DNA of 64,000 nucleotides from a virus (lineage: Duplodnaviria; Caudoviricetes): the IMG/VR virus record IMGVR_UViG_3300022555_000004. One strand, 5' to 3'. Below are positions 1 to 8,985 of this stretch, piece after piece. How positions within the stretch are numbered: the stretch's first letter is position 1; each line of letters begins with the position of its first letter. Position numbers and translations under genes: made by a program. The notes under the pieces were generated by a model that saw only the letters and a list, made by a program, of their open reading frames with translations, did no database searches and had not been told where the DNA came from.

Positions 1-1022
1 ATGTCATAATACATACTATATACACGATCTTTTAAAATAACTTGTTCCTTATATTTTAAAAGTTCACGTTCACCCATAAGGACTATCTTATATTTGGCAG
101 ATAATTTTTTCAATATGTTCAAGAAACGTGCTTTTATTTGTGTGTTATATTCGGTAATTAGAAGTTCTCTTACTCTGGTGGGAATAACAAGGTATGGGCC
201 AATATTTAACGGTTGCCCCTCACATAGTTCATCTGATAAATTTGGTTTGACTATATCAACTCTGTCTATACTTGAAAATGTCCAAGCAAATCTTGGCGGA
301 TAGTTCTTATTAGGAACATCTATCGTATAATAAGGCTCTTTGAATAACATTTTTAACATTGACATCGTAAATGCTAAATCATCTTTATTAGGTTCTCTAT
401 ATGTGTTGTATGATTCTATATTAGGTGAGATAATAACTTTTTTATATTTATAACTTAGATTATCTAATATACTTCTGGAATATAACAAGTCGCCAATACC
501 AAGATTGATTTTCACCTTATAAATTAAATTAGATGGTTGCTTTGTAACATAAGAATCAATGGATGGGGTTGTCAAAGCATATACAGGTAATTTACCAGCT
601 TCTATTCTATCAATAGGAGCATATAATGTTCCACCACCACATAGTCGTATAATTTTTTCTCGTATCTTATTATAATTAGAAGTTGCTGAAATATCCTTCA
701 AACCACTTCTCATATTTCCTCTACGGAATATTACAGCATCAGTTGATATAAACTTATTCTGTTCTTGTGATGAAAATGCTTTTTCGGGATCATCTATTGA
801 GAAAACAATAACAGGACATTGTTCCTGATATAAAAAAACAATTTTTTCGATATAATCTGTGTGTGGAGTAATATCTTTTGGCAACATAATAATCAAATCA
901 TCGTTTGATATGTTTTTTATTTTATTATTGATTTCTTTGAGCGGACGTTCTGATGACAAAAGGATCACTTCGTATCCTTCTATATCGACTTTTTTATAGT
1001 CATAGGCAAAAATATAAACCAT
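1..1022 (-). CDS. Partial glycosyltransferase-like protein (GT9/GT-B-like C-terminal part); runs off the left edge and is missing from the ORF track
   Basis: Hand-translated from ATG at 1022 (MVYIFAYDYKKV...) with no stop before base 1. Contains INLGIGDLLY and KYKIVLMGERE, reminiscent of GT9 heptosyltransferase-like proteins. Lies next to a sugar acetyltransferase. Confidence 0.55.
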   Translation of the reverse strand, partial: MVYIFAYDYKKVDIEGYEVILLSSERPLKEINNKIKNISNDDLIIMLPKDITPHTDYIEKIVFLYQEQCPVIVFSIDDPEKAFSSQEQNKFISTDAVIFRRGNMRSGLKDISATSNYNKIREKIIRLCGGGTLYAPIDRIEAGKLPVYALTTPSIDSYVTKQPSNLIYKVKINLGIGDLLYSRSILDNLSYKYKKVIISPNIESYNTYREPNKDDLAFTMSMLKMLFKEPYYTIDVPNKNYPPRFAWTFSSIDRVDIVKPNLSDELCEGQPLNIGPYLVIPTRVRELLITEYNTQIKARFLNILKKLSAKYKIVLMGERELLKYKEQVILKDRVYSMYYD

Positions 1023-1035
1023 TTAAAAAAACCAT

Positions 1036-1653
1036 TTATCCTTTTATCTTTTTTATTGGTGTTCCAACATATGTACCGGATTCAGGAATATCTTTTATAA
1101 CAACACTACCCATTCCTATCGTAACAGTATCCGTTATATTTATATCTTCGATACAAGAAGAATTGGTGCCAAAGTATATTTTTTTGCCTGTTTTTACTTT
1201 TCCACTAATATTGACACCCGGCGCAGTTGTAAAATAGTCGCCTAAAACACAATCATGCCCTATAGTTGTTGATAAATTTAAGATTGAAAAATCACCAAGT
1301 TGTATATCACAAGTCAATATTGTTCCAGCACATATAATAGTTCCCTTACCAATATTTATTGTTGAGGGATCTAATAATTGAACAGTTGGATCACATAATA
1401 CGGGAAAACGCGCATAGGGAAATTTTTGTAATATATTATTGACAACCTTTGATCGTAACGATGGATTGCCTAATGCTATAACTATAGGGATAGCAGGATT
1501 ATAATATTCTTCACTTATAACAGGAACACCATAAATTGGTTCACCATTTTCTTTATCAACAAATGCTACTGGCGTATGGCCTAATCGTTTTACCAACGCG
1601 TATACTTCCTTTGCAAATCCACTTGCGCCAAAAATATTAATATTCATATTCAT
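1036..1653 (-). CDS. NeuD/PglD-like sugar O-/N-acetyltransferase (hexapeptide left-handed beta-helix)
   Basis: N-terminal IFGASGFAKEV, ALGNPSLR and C-terminal hexapeptide repeats (IGKGTIICAG, TIGHDCVLGD, TIGMGSVV) are typical of the NeuD family. Confidence 0.9.
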   Translation of the reverse strand: MNMNINIFGASGFAKEVYALVKRLGHTPVAFVDKENGEPIYGVPVISEEYYNPAIPIVIALGNPSLRSKVVNNILQKFPYARFPVLCDPTVQLLDPSTINIGKGTIICAGTILTCDIQLGDFSILNLSTTIGHDCVLGDYFTTAPGVNISGKVKTGKKIYFGTNSSCIEDINITDTVTIGMGSVVIKDIPESGTYVGTPIKKIKG

Positions 1654-1937
1654 ACTATGCCCACATCATCTAAAAACCTTTGAACTTGTCGATTTTGAAC
1701 CACATTAATTGTTCTTTCTACAATTATACGTATTTCCGTTCTTATATTGCCTGTAATTGCATCTGGTATCAGAGCAACACTATATTGTGCGTCTATATGT
1801 GGCTTCAATGAAGAACCATAATTAACTATGCCCTGCGGAATACCAACGTGTCCTTTGGGCCCATTATGGCCAACTGGCCCAACTGACCCTGTTGGCATAT
1901 CATCTTTTTTCTTTTTTACAATCAAATCTTCAAACAT
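1650..1937 (-). CDS. Hypothetical protein with a short Gly-X-Y stretch
   Basis: 95-aa ORF overlapping the next start; contains GSVGPVGHNGPKGHVG. Confidence 0.55.
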   Translation of the reverse strand: MFEDLIVKKKKDDMPTGSVGPVGHNGPKGHVGIPQGIVNYGSSLKPHIDAQYSVALIPDAITGNIRTEIRIIVERTINVVQNRQVQRFLDDVGIV

Positions 1938-1942
1938 AATTT

Positions 1943-2866
1943 TTATCCTCCGATTATTTTACAGATTTCTGAAATCCTTTCTCTATCATCAATTTTTGGT
2001 ATATTAAAAAATTGTGCATGTTGCCCTTCTTCAGCATAGTCCTTGATGCCAAATGCCGTCCAATAATTAGGGTCATCTCCATACAGTCTGGACGGTGCGC
2101 TGAAACTAATAAACTTTTTATCCCTATTCAACATGTTTTCACTAACATAAGAAAATGTGTGAGGGCCGGAATTTCTTCCAATCAACACATCACACTTTGT
2201 ACTCAAATAACTTATTTCATTCAAATCATTTCCATTACAATCGCCTAATAAACCAGATACATAAATGATGTTATCTCCTACTACATTACTTTTATTTGAT
2301 ATATAAAACATTATATCTGGAAATGTTCTGGATAATTCTAATATAATAGGATCAAAATCAAACCTTATCGCCTGTTCAGAACCAAATTCATTGTTACAAA
2401 TTAAAACCTTTCTACATAATGTATCAATGGCATCAATGGGATTAGTGTTATACATACCACATTTATAATTTATTTTCGGTAAGAACTGTTTATAATCCTT
2501 TGATAATTCTAGTTCAAATACTTCATTTAGAGTTTGATTGAATATATTCCATGCGGTAAGAAGTGTGGCACTATGTTTATTGAAATGCGTCCCATTATAT
2601 GCTAGATATTGGGTATTGATGAATAGTGTGTTATATTCAATATGATACCCTCTATTATCAAATGTTTTTGGGATTTGTTTAGATGTCCAATACAGAGGAA
2701 TGCCTAAATCACCCAATGTTTTTATTGATTGTGGGTGGTTTAATCTATACTCATATCCATGTATTTTATTTTTGATATACCAGATAAAAGTTCGTATACA
2801 ATGAAGATCACCTGCGTTGAAATAGTTGCGAAAAACTATAGTATTAAATTTTTTACTTTTTGACAT
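1943..2866 (-). CDS. GT9-like (GT-B fold) glycosyltransferase
   Basis: N-terminal NAGDLH and C-terminal KCDVLIGRNSGPHTF resemble the GT9 'GD' and 'lvIgnDSGpmH' motifs. Confidence 0.55.
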   Translation of the reverse strand: MSKSKKFNTIVFRNYFNAGDLHCIRTFIWYIKNKIHGYEYRLNHPQSIKTLGDLGIPLYWTSKQIPKTFDNRGYHIEYNTLFINTQYLAYNGTHFNKHSATLLTAWNIFNQTLNEVFELELSKDYKQFLPKINYKCGMYNTNPIDAIDTLCRKVLICNNEFGSEQAIRFDFDPIILELSRTFPDIMFYISNKSNVVGDNIIYVSGLLGDCNGNDLNEISYLSTKCDVLIGRNSGPHTFSYVSENMLNRDKKFISFSAPSRLYGDDPNYWTAFGIKDYAEEGQHAQFFNIPKIDDRERISEICKIIGG

Positions 2867-3579
2867 GACCACCCCACAAATTGATTTCTATACATACTCA
2901 TATATGGTAAATCGTTTTCTCTACAAAAATTTTTTAATCCATCAACCATTTCTGTTACGCCATCTGGATATATAACCTGCCACATTTTAGTATTTGATAT
3001 TGTTTTATATTTACCTCTTTTTTGTCCAGTTCTGCTTTTAATCATTTTTTCTTTAGTTTCTTCTGTATGTTTTTTCCCTTGTCTTGTATTACTCCAATTG
3101 TCTAATGTTTCTTTAGTATATACCCCTGTTTTTCCTTTATTCCAAGGGATATGCCCTATATGTGATTTGCTCATTTTTTCTATCATATCAGATGAAAATA
3201 CAAATCCTGATTGGCCATCGCCGCCATTTGTAAGATTACATAATGGCCCTTCATGTAAATTCTTTCTTCCAATGGTTAGTATCATTGATACTTCAAGTTC
3301 AAGGGCCGATTGTTCTGATATATTATCTTTATATGGTATGATAAATGGATCATGGCCACATGTTCTTTGTATTTTTTTAATTGTATTGACAAATAATTTG
3401 TTAGAATTAACTTTGAGATTATATTCAGTCAAATGTTTTGTTGATCGCTTACCGTGCCCCTTACCGACATAAAATGGCGCATGGTCAAATGTATATTCGC
3501 CAAATATATAACGGCCTGGTTTTGTTGGATCAAGATATACATAGACATAAAAAATTGGTTCATTGTGTTTTGTTTTCAT
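2836..3579 (-). CDS. GIY-YIG-family homing endonuclease with NUMOD3-like repeats
   Basis: FYVYVYLDP...FYVGKGHGKR N-terminus and HTEETKEKMIKSRTG repeats. Likely start MKTKHNE (3579) or MEYIMK (3591), downstream of TATAAATA at 3606-3613; the track's 3696 start is probably too long. Confidence 0.8.
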   Translation of the reverse strand: MKTKHNEPIFYVYVYLDPTKPGRYIFGEYTFDHAPFYVGKGHGKRSTKHLTEYNLKVNSNKLFVNTIKKIQRTCGHDPFIIPYKDNISEQSALELEVSMILTIGRKNLHEGPLCNLTNGGDGQSGFVFSSDMIEKMSKSHIGHIPWNKGKTGVYTKETLDNWSNTRQGKKHTEETKEKMIKSRTGQKRGKYKTISNTKMWQVIYPDGVTEMVDGLKNFCRENDLPYMSMYRNQFVGWSCQKVKNLIL

Positions 3580-3728
3580 AATGTACTCCATGTTGTATTT
3601 CAATGTATTTATAATTTTTTGAAATAATTTCAAACACGGATGGTTTATGTTGTAAAATAAAGAAATCACCATTATTAAAGTAGTTACGAAACACAATAAA
3701 ATTAAATTTATTTTTCACATTTTCACCG

Positions 3729-3757
3729 TTTACATTTTATTTTTTATATGGTAAAAT
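3729..3757 (+). promoter_or_regulatory. Plus-strand sigma70-like promoter
   Basis: TTTACA-17 nt-TAAAAT with an extended TG, in the intergenic gap 3697-3930. Confidence 0.4.
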
Positions 3758-3896
3758 ATGCATTAGCAACAGGGCAACCGGATATATAAATTTTGGAAAT
3801 TGAGTAATTTGAATATTTTACCTTTTAATTTATATAGATTTTTGTTATAGATTTTTATACATTTTACATCAATTTTTAGATAAATTTTAGACAATA

Positions 3897-3927
3897 AAAA
3901 ACCCTATACTTTTCAATATAGGGTTTA
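3897..3927 (-). terminator. Rho-independent terminator of the rSAM/TNSSS operon
   Basis: AAACCCTATA / TATAGGGTTT inverted repeat with a T-run on the minus strand, just after the stop at 3931. Confidence 0.8.
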
Positions 3928-3930
3928 ATA

Positions 3931-4266
3931 TTAGTATCCATTCATTTTAGATTCAAAATAAATATCTTCAATTCCAGCATCAAATAATGTTGATTTATGA
4001 ATATACCATTCTAACAAAATTGATCTAAACCATAGTGGCATATCTTCACAATTATTATACATTGAGGTATGGCCTTCAAGTTTAAATACATGTTGGGATA
4101 CTTGTGTTATATCATCCTTATGAAAACTCATTTCCTTATATGATATATTTGATGTAAGCCGTTCCATTCGTTCAATAAAATCATCTAAATTAGTATCTTG
4201 TGTTGTAATGAACAGATAGAAACTAGCGGAAGACGAATTTGTTACATGGTCTAATTTTACTTTCAT
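3931..4266 (-). CDS. TNSSS-motif hypothetical protein, paralog 3
   Basis: Starts MKVKLDHVTNSSSASF; ATG lies 1 nt after the upstream stop. Confidence 0.75.
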   Translation of the reverse strand: MKVKLDHVTNSSSASFYLFITTQDTNLDDFIERMERLTSNISYKEMSFHKDDITQVSQHVFKLEGHTSMYNNCEDMPLWFRSILLEWYIHKSTLFDAGIEDIYFESKMNGY

Positions 4267-4267
4267 T

Positions 4268-4630
4268 TTAATATCCACCATCCCCTTGCATAATTTCTAT
4301 TTCATTATCATCAAACTCAACACCATATAATCCTTCGTCACAAAGGTATTGTCCTAAACCAGCATCATCACTTGAAGCACTAAGGATTACTATATTTTGA
4401 CCTTCTTTCAATAATTGAAGGCATTTTTTATAATAGTCATCCGTTTCTGTATAACCATAATCCTCCATATAGGTAATCAATTCTTCTTCATTTGTTATAA
4501 TATTTTCTATCAGGGTAGATAGATCAAAAGATATTTTTGCCTTCAACGGTTTGGTTGATAATCTTTTAGGAACAGATATAACAAATGATGTGCTTGAACT
4601 ATTGGTTACAAAATCTAATTTTACTTTCAT
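4268..4630 (-). CDS. TNSSS-motif hypothetical protein, paralog 2
   Basis: Starts MKVKLDFVTNSSSTSF; ATG at 4630 is 1 nt after the upstream stop. Confidence 0.75.
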   Translation of the reverse strand: MKVKLDFVTNSSSTSFVISVPKRLSTKPLKAKISFDLSTLIENIITNEEELITYMEDYGYTETDDYYKKCLQLLKEGQNIVILSASSDDAGLGQYLCDEGLYGVEFDDNEIEIMQGDGGY

Positions 4631-4631
4631 A

Positions 4632-5021
4632 TTAGTTATACCAAATTTCATCAATCCAATCAGCTTGTTCAGCAATGCCTAGTTCAGCAAGAACATCATT
4701 GACAGATTTTTTGATATCACCGACAGTCATATCATCTGGCATATCTTGTGGGGTGATACCTATATAAATATTTTCACTATCATTGTCAGTTGTAACTGAA
4801 AGTTTCTTTGATGATAAGTAGGCATCTAAAACATCATATATAGCATCTTCTTCATCAACCGCTAATTTGTATTCATTATATGTTTGTTCTGGTTTCTCAA
4901 ATTCATATAATTTACGAATAAGATCTTCATTTTCCATCAAATCATTTCGTTCTAGTGTTACACCCCAAGCGCAGAACGATGTGCTCGAACTATTTGTTAC
5001 AAAATCCCTTTTTACTTTCAT
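4632..5021 (-). CDS. TNSSS-motif hypothetical protein, paralog 1
   Basis: Starts MKVKRDFVTNSSSTSF with a GGAGG RBS upstream. Confidence 0.75.
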   Translation of the reverse strand: MKVKRDFVTNSSSTSFCAWGVTLERNDLMENEDLIRKLYEFEKPEQTYNEYKLAVDEEDAIYDVLDAYLSSKKLSVTTDNDSENIYIGITPQDMPDDMTVGDIKKSVNDVLAELGIAEQADWIDEIWYN

Positions 5022-5146
5022 TTTCCTTTCCTCCATCAACAAATTTTATTTTAAAACCACAACTTGTACAAATATAATACATTCCCCCAACCGCCAACTT
5101 TATGAACAGATTTGCAGTTGGGGCAAACGATTATTTCATTATTCAT
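4990..5146 (-). pseudogene. Small zinc-ribbon gene with an apparent +1 frameshift in a G5 run (5084-5088)
   Basis: MNNEIIVCPNCKSVHKVGGWG in frame 0. Removing one G continues MYYICTSCGFKIKF..., completing a CxxC...CxxC ribbon of 51 aa. Confidence 0.55.
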
Positions 5147-5148
5147 TT

Positions 5149-5586
5149 CTAATTCTCCATATAATCAGTTATTCTAAGTATAACAGATTTCATCGGTAAA
5201 TGTAAACCTGTGCGTAACTTAGTGTAATCAGACAATTTTAAATATTTGAAACCATCAATTTCAGGAACCGGATCACCATATGCCTTGGTGGTTGATATAC
5301 ATTTTAATGATGAAATTGGTGGTAGTTTTGATACACGATAGATAAAAATAACAACATCTTTCGTTTCATGTAATGGATAAATTCCAATGTAACGAAGTAG
5401 AGATTTTTCTAATTTGATACCTGTTTCTTCTTTAAATTCTCTAACAGCAGTTTCTTGATGTGTTTCGCCCTGTTCACCGACACCTTTAGGCAAATCCCAA
5501 AAAGTTGGAACGTCCCCTGTCGGATGAACAGCCAAGAATAATTTGTTATCAGTGAAAACTATGGCAGACGACACTTTTATGTTCAT
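5149..5586 (-). CDS. Nudix hydrolase
   Basis: Nudix box: WDLPKGVGEQGETHQETAVREFKEETGI. Confidence 0.9.
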   Translation of the reverse strand: MNIKVSSAIVFTDNKLFLAVHPTGDVPTFWDLPKGVGEQGETHQETAVREFKEETGIKLEKSLLRYIGIYPLHETKDVVIFIYRVSKLPPISSLKCISTTKAYGDPVPEIDGFKYLKLSDYTKLRTGLHLPMKSVILRITDYMEN

Positions 5587-5784
5587 TTATACCCTAGCCA
5601 TTTCCTTTTTTTCTTTGTATTCATTTAGATATGTAAGGGAGCCTGTATTTGGATCTTTTACTATTTCTTTGCATAATATGATACAGTCTTCACAAACATG
5701 TTGTTCAATACCGTTTTTCTCTATAACAACCCATTTGTTCTTACCCTTAACTAATTGTTTTCTACATAAATCACATACAAACAT
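5587..5784 (-). CDS. Small C4 zinc-finger protein resembling the ClpX N-terminal zinc-binding domain
   Basis: CDLC...HVCEDCIILCKEI pattern. Confidence 0.6.
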   Translation of the reverse strand: MFVCDLCRKQLVKGKNKWVVIEKNGIEQHVCEDCIILCKEIVKDPNTGSLTYLNEYKEKKEMARV

Positions 5785-5808
5785 ATTTATTTCCTTTCAT
5801 TTTTTATT

Positions 5809-6810
5809 TTATAAACCATACGGACATGTAAACGGATCTTTTTTAAGATTAGTACGAAAGTGTTTGAATATTGGGCTATTATCCCAAACATCTTTAATTG
5901 TGTGATAATATAAAGATTCGCCATAAATATCCCTGTCACCATATGAGCATGGCATCATTACCATATCACAGCCGATATATACACTATATCGGCTTGCTTC
6001 ACATGTATCCGTGTATAATTTTTCATCTTTCGTGAATGTATCAACTTTACCAATCTTACAAAACAAGCATGAATCAGCGCCAATTTTAAATTTATTTCTT
6101 TGATTTCTCAAATAAGGAAGAAGTCGTTTTACATCATCATTATTTAAAGACCAATCATCTAACTCTTTACCGCGTCCTTGTTTTTTGAATGATAAAAGAA
6201 CGATAGCATTTAGTTTTTGTAAATCAATTTTTCCTTCCCAAATATCGTTGCCATTCAAGACGGAGATAATATCTCCCATTGATTTTCGTGATAAAACCCA
6301 ATGTAAGTTTGTTTTTATTCCAGCATTCTGAAACATTTTTATTGATTTGAATGTATATGGTTGAAGATTGGCAATACTTACAGCCACAGCACCACATTGT
6401 TTAGATATTTCTACCTGTTCGTCTGTCAAATCATGACCACTTGTAGTATAGTTCGGAACAATACCGTTTTGAACCGTGTATTCTATAATTTCCCTGAATT
6501 GGTTATGTGCATTAGGATTTCCTTTGCCACCAAGAGCTATTTGATTAGTATATGGTTTTAATTCGTCTACAATTCTTTTATAATCATCAAGAAGCATGTC
6601 TGGTCGTTGTTCTTTACCTTGATAACAGAACACACAGTCATTGTTACTACAGTTTCCTTTTATTCCGATATCAGCCAATGACGGGCCTTCCAATTCAAAC
6701 GGATCGGGTATACCATTGATACCGCTAGTAATCTCTAGTCCGGTTTTTTGGTCAAACAAAATAATATAATTGTCGGTTTTTATAGTTTTAAACATTCCAT
6801 ATCCTTTCAT
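5809..6810 (-). CDS. Radical SAM protein with a short (Twitch-like) C-terminal Fe-S motif
   Basis: CSNNDCVFC (CX4CX2C variant), IALGGKGNP, NYTTSG, and C-terminal CEASRYSVYIGCDMVMMPCSY...CPY. Confidence 0.85.
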   Translation of the reverse strand: MKGYGMFKTIKTDNYIILFDQKTGLEITSGINGIPDPFELEGPSLADIGIKGNCSNNDCVFCYQGKEQRPDMLLDDYKRIVDELKPYTNQIALGGKGNPNAHNQFREIIEYTVQNGIVPNYTTSGHDLTDEQVEISKQCGAVAVSIANLQPYTFKSIKMFQNAGIKTNLHWVLSRKSMGDIISVLNGNDIWEGKIDLQKLNAIVLLSFKKQGRGKELDDWSLNNDDVKRLLPYLRNQRNKFKIGADSCLFCKIGKVDTFTKDEKLYTDTCEASRYSVYIGCDMVMMPCSYGDRDIYGESLYYHTIKDVWDNSPIFKHFRTNLKKDPFTCPYGL

Positions 6811-6822
6811 ATTTTATAAAAA

Positions 6823-6851
6823 ATATTACCACATTTTCATCAATAAGTCAA
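6823..6851 (-). promoter_or_regulatory. Sigma70-type promoter for the rSAM-Nudix-TNSSS operon
   Basis: TTGACT-17 nt-TAATAT with an extended TG, upstream of 6810. Confidence 0.7.
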
Positions 6852-6882
6852 TAAAAATATGGCAATATATGGTATTTCTATA

Positions 6883-7092
6883 TTAGATAGAATTTCTTCT
6901 TTCTTTTTCTTTTCGTTTTGCTCTAACAAACTGCTTTTTTTGGTATGTGTTTGGTTTGAATGAACTTTTAAATTGTTTCATTTGTTTTGATGCTAGTGTT
7001 TCTATAAATTCAACATCTTTCAAATCATCAAATTCTTCTTCCAAAATATCTTTACTGCTTAACACCTTTTTCCTCCTTACCGCCTTGAACAA
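6883..7092 (-). CDS. Hypothetical protein
   Basis: 69-aa ORF overlapping the upstream gene; basic C-terminus. Confidence 0.5.
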   Translation of the reverse strand: MFKAVRRKKVLSSKDILEEEFDDLKDVEFIETLASKQMKQFKSSFKPNTYQKKQFVRAKRKEKERRNSI

Positions 7093-7330
7093 AAATATTG
7101 TTTTTACAAAGTTTCTTTTGTGCGCTATGATATTGTGATGTGGCGTAACCTTCGTTTCCCCAACTTACCTTATCTTTTTTGTTGTCATATTTTAGTCTAA
7201 AATGACCACTAAACGATGGTACAATAACACACTCTACATTACATTTTTTACATATAACTTTTTCATCGTTGAATAAAACCTTGTCCTCATACACTGTTTT
7301 ACATGTCGGACACTCACAATCACATAACAT
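7052..7330 (-). CDS. FmdB-like zinc-ribbon protein
   Basis: CECPTC...VICKKC Cys pairs followed by a GHFRLK-type tail. Confidence 0.55.
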   Translation of the reverse strand: MLCDCECPTCKTVYEDKVLFNDEKVICKKCNVECVIVPSFSGHFRLKYDNKKDKVSWGNEGYATSQYHSAQKKLCKNNIFVQGGKEEKGVKQ

Positions 7331-8018
7331 AATTAAATTCCCCCGTTAAAAATCTATATTTTTTATTACACCAATCTTGTATTGTGGGCAGTGGTATATT
7401 CATATAATTTGATATGTTTTTAAACGTCATCCCTTTATTTCTTAATTCAATAGATTTTTTAATAGTATTATCTGTATATTTTCTTTGTTTTATACTTAAT
7501 TTTTCTCTAACGTCCAATCGTTTAAAAACACAATTTTCGCCTAAATATTTACCTTTATTTTTGCCTAACATACTTCTCCTTTGTTTTTCTTTTGTTTCCT
7601 CTGAAGCAACATGGCCCATGTGTGACTTGCTCATTTTTTCTTTTGTTTCTTTTGATACAACATGGCCGGTTTGGGCGTTACTTAATTTTTGCCTAACGCC
7701 TTCTGATATACTATGATTAGAATATCTTTCATTATATCCATTTTTAACACAATCAAATAATTTTATATAATATAACTCTAATTTTTCTAATTCTAAAACA
7801 TTGTTACATTCACACAATATCTCCCACTTAAATAATTGTATGTCGAATTTATTAAGAGCGTTATGAAATTTATAACCACCCTTTTTTGATAACCGAATAT
7901 GAGCCGATCTTCTTTGATTTAATGTTTGTGTTGTTTGGCCAATATAACACTCGCCATTAATAAGATTTGTTACTTTATAAATTATTCCGGTTGGTTTATG
8001 GTCACAATCTGCTAACAT
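7320..8018 (-). CDS. GIY-YIG homing endonuclease with NUMOD3 repeats
   Basis: GIIYKVTNLINGECYIGQT, NGYN, and HVVSKETKEKMSKSHMG repeats. Confidence 0.88.
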   Translation of the reverse strand: MLADCDHKPTGIIYKVTNLINGECYIGQTTQTLNQRRSAHIRLSKKGGYKFHNALNKFDIQLFKWEILCECNNVLELEKLELYYIKLFDCVKNGYNERYSNHSISEGVRQKLSNAQTGHVVSKETKEKMSKSHMGHVASEETKEKQRRSMLGKNKGKYLGENCVFKRLDVREKLSIKQRKYTDNTIKKSIELRNKGMTFKNISNYMNIPLPTIQDWCNKKYRFLTGEFNYVM

Positions 8019-8046
8019 TAACTTCCTCCATCAATTTTATATTTTG

Positions 8047-8075
8047 ATTATAACACATCTTTTAATTTATGTCAA
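8047..8075 (-). promoter_or_regulatory. Consensus sigma70 promoter
   Basis: TTGACA-17 nt-TATAAT with an extended TG, upstream of 8018. Confidence 0.8.
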
Positions 8076-8077
8076 TA

Positions 8078-8977
8078 TTATTTAAAAGTAAGAGTTATTT
8101 CTGGTTCAATATCTAAGAAGGCAAACAACTCATTCCAAGATGTTATTTTTTGTTTTATATCTGATAATAAAGACAGAACATATGAAAATGATTTTGATAA
8201 AAATGATTCTTCATACATAATAGAGTCCTTTATAAGTTCTTTTGATATCAATTGTAATATACTCCAATATCTATACATACCATATTCCGGCCCTTGTGTT
8301 TTTTTAACCGATTTGAAGTCAATTCGTATATCAACATGACTGGCCGTTTCACCAATAAAATCCATATCATCTAATGAATGTAGTATTGGCCTATTTGTTA
8401 TATGTAAGATATGTGTTGCTGATCCGTCACTATTTTTACCAAATTTCAATTCACCCGATAGAACTTCTTTTATAAAATATGAAATGAATGTTGGATCATC
8501 GAATACATTTTCTATTCTATCAATAATTCTATCGTGTTCTCTTTGTGCACCGGCGATTACTTCATCACCGGCTCGTTTTGCTTTTGTTATTGTTGTAGGT
8601 GACACCCCAGTTGTAATCATACGTTCCATTTCTTTCGTTGCTGCTGTTATTATATCAGGGATTTTATTGCCATATAATTGATTAGAAACACACATAAAGG
8701 TTGCTAATGCTTCGTTTTTTTTAGCTGACATCATGATATGGTCATTTGCGGATTTGAGAGATATTTTGTAGGAATCAATTTTGATGTCAGTTTTGGAATA
8801 TGACTTCTGCCGGTTATACTGGGCCCACTCTGCCGAGGGCGAAAATTGCCTAATGCCAAAATGTTCAGCTTTACCCCTTAATCCGAGTTTTTTAAATAAG
8901 TCGGTAGTAGGTGTTGATATTTTATTATTCCAATCTAAAATGATTTGTTTTTCCATTTCTGTAGCTGTTGTCATCAA
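8078..8977 (-). CDS. Hypothetical protein, possible PD-(D/E)XK-like fold
   Basis: KTDIKIDSYKISLKS motif; TATAAATA at 9000-9007 upstream. Confidence 0.45.
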   Translation of the reverse strand: MMTTATEMEKQIILDWNNKISTPTTDLFKKLGLRGKAEHFGIRQFSPSAEWAQYNRQKSYSKTDIKIDSYKISLKSANDHIMMSAKKNEALATFMCVSNQLYGNKIPDIITAATKEMERMITTGVSPTTITKAKRAGDEVIAGAQREHDRIIDRIENVFDDPTFISYFIKEVLSGELKFGKNSDGSATHILHITNRPILHSLDDMDFIGETASHVDIRIDFKSVKKTQGPEYGMYRYWSILQLISKELIKDSIMYEESFLSKSFSYVLSLLSDIKQKITSWNELFAFLDIEPEITLTFK

Positions 8978-8985
8978 ATAGCCCC

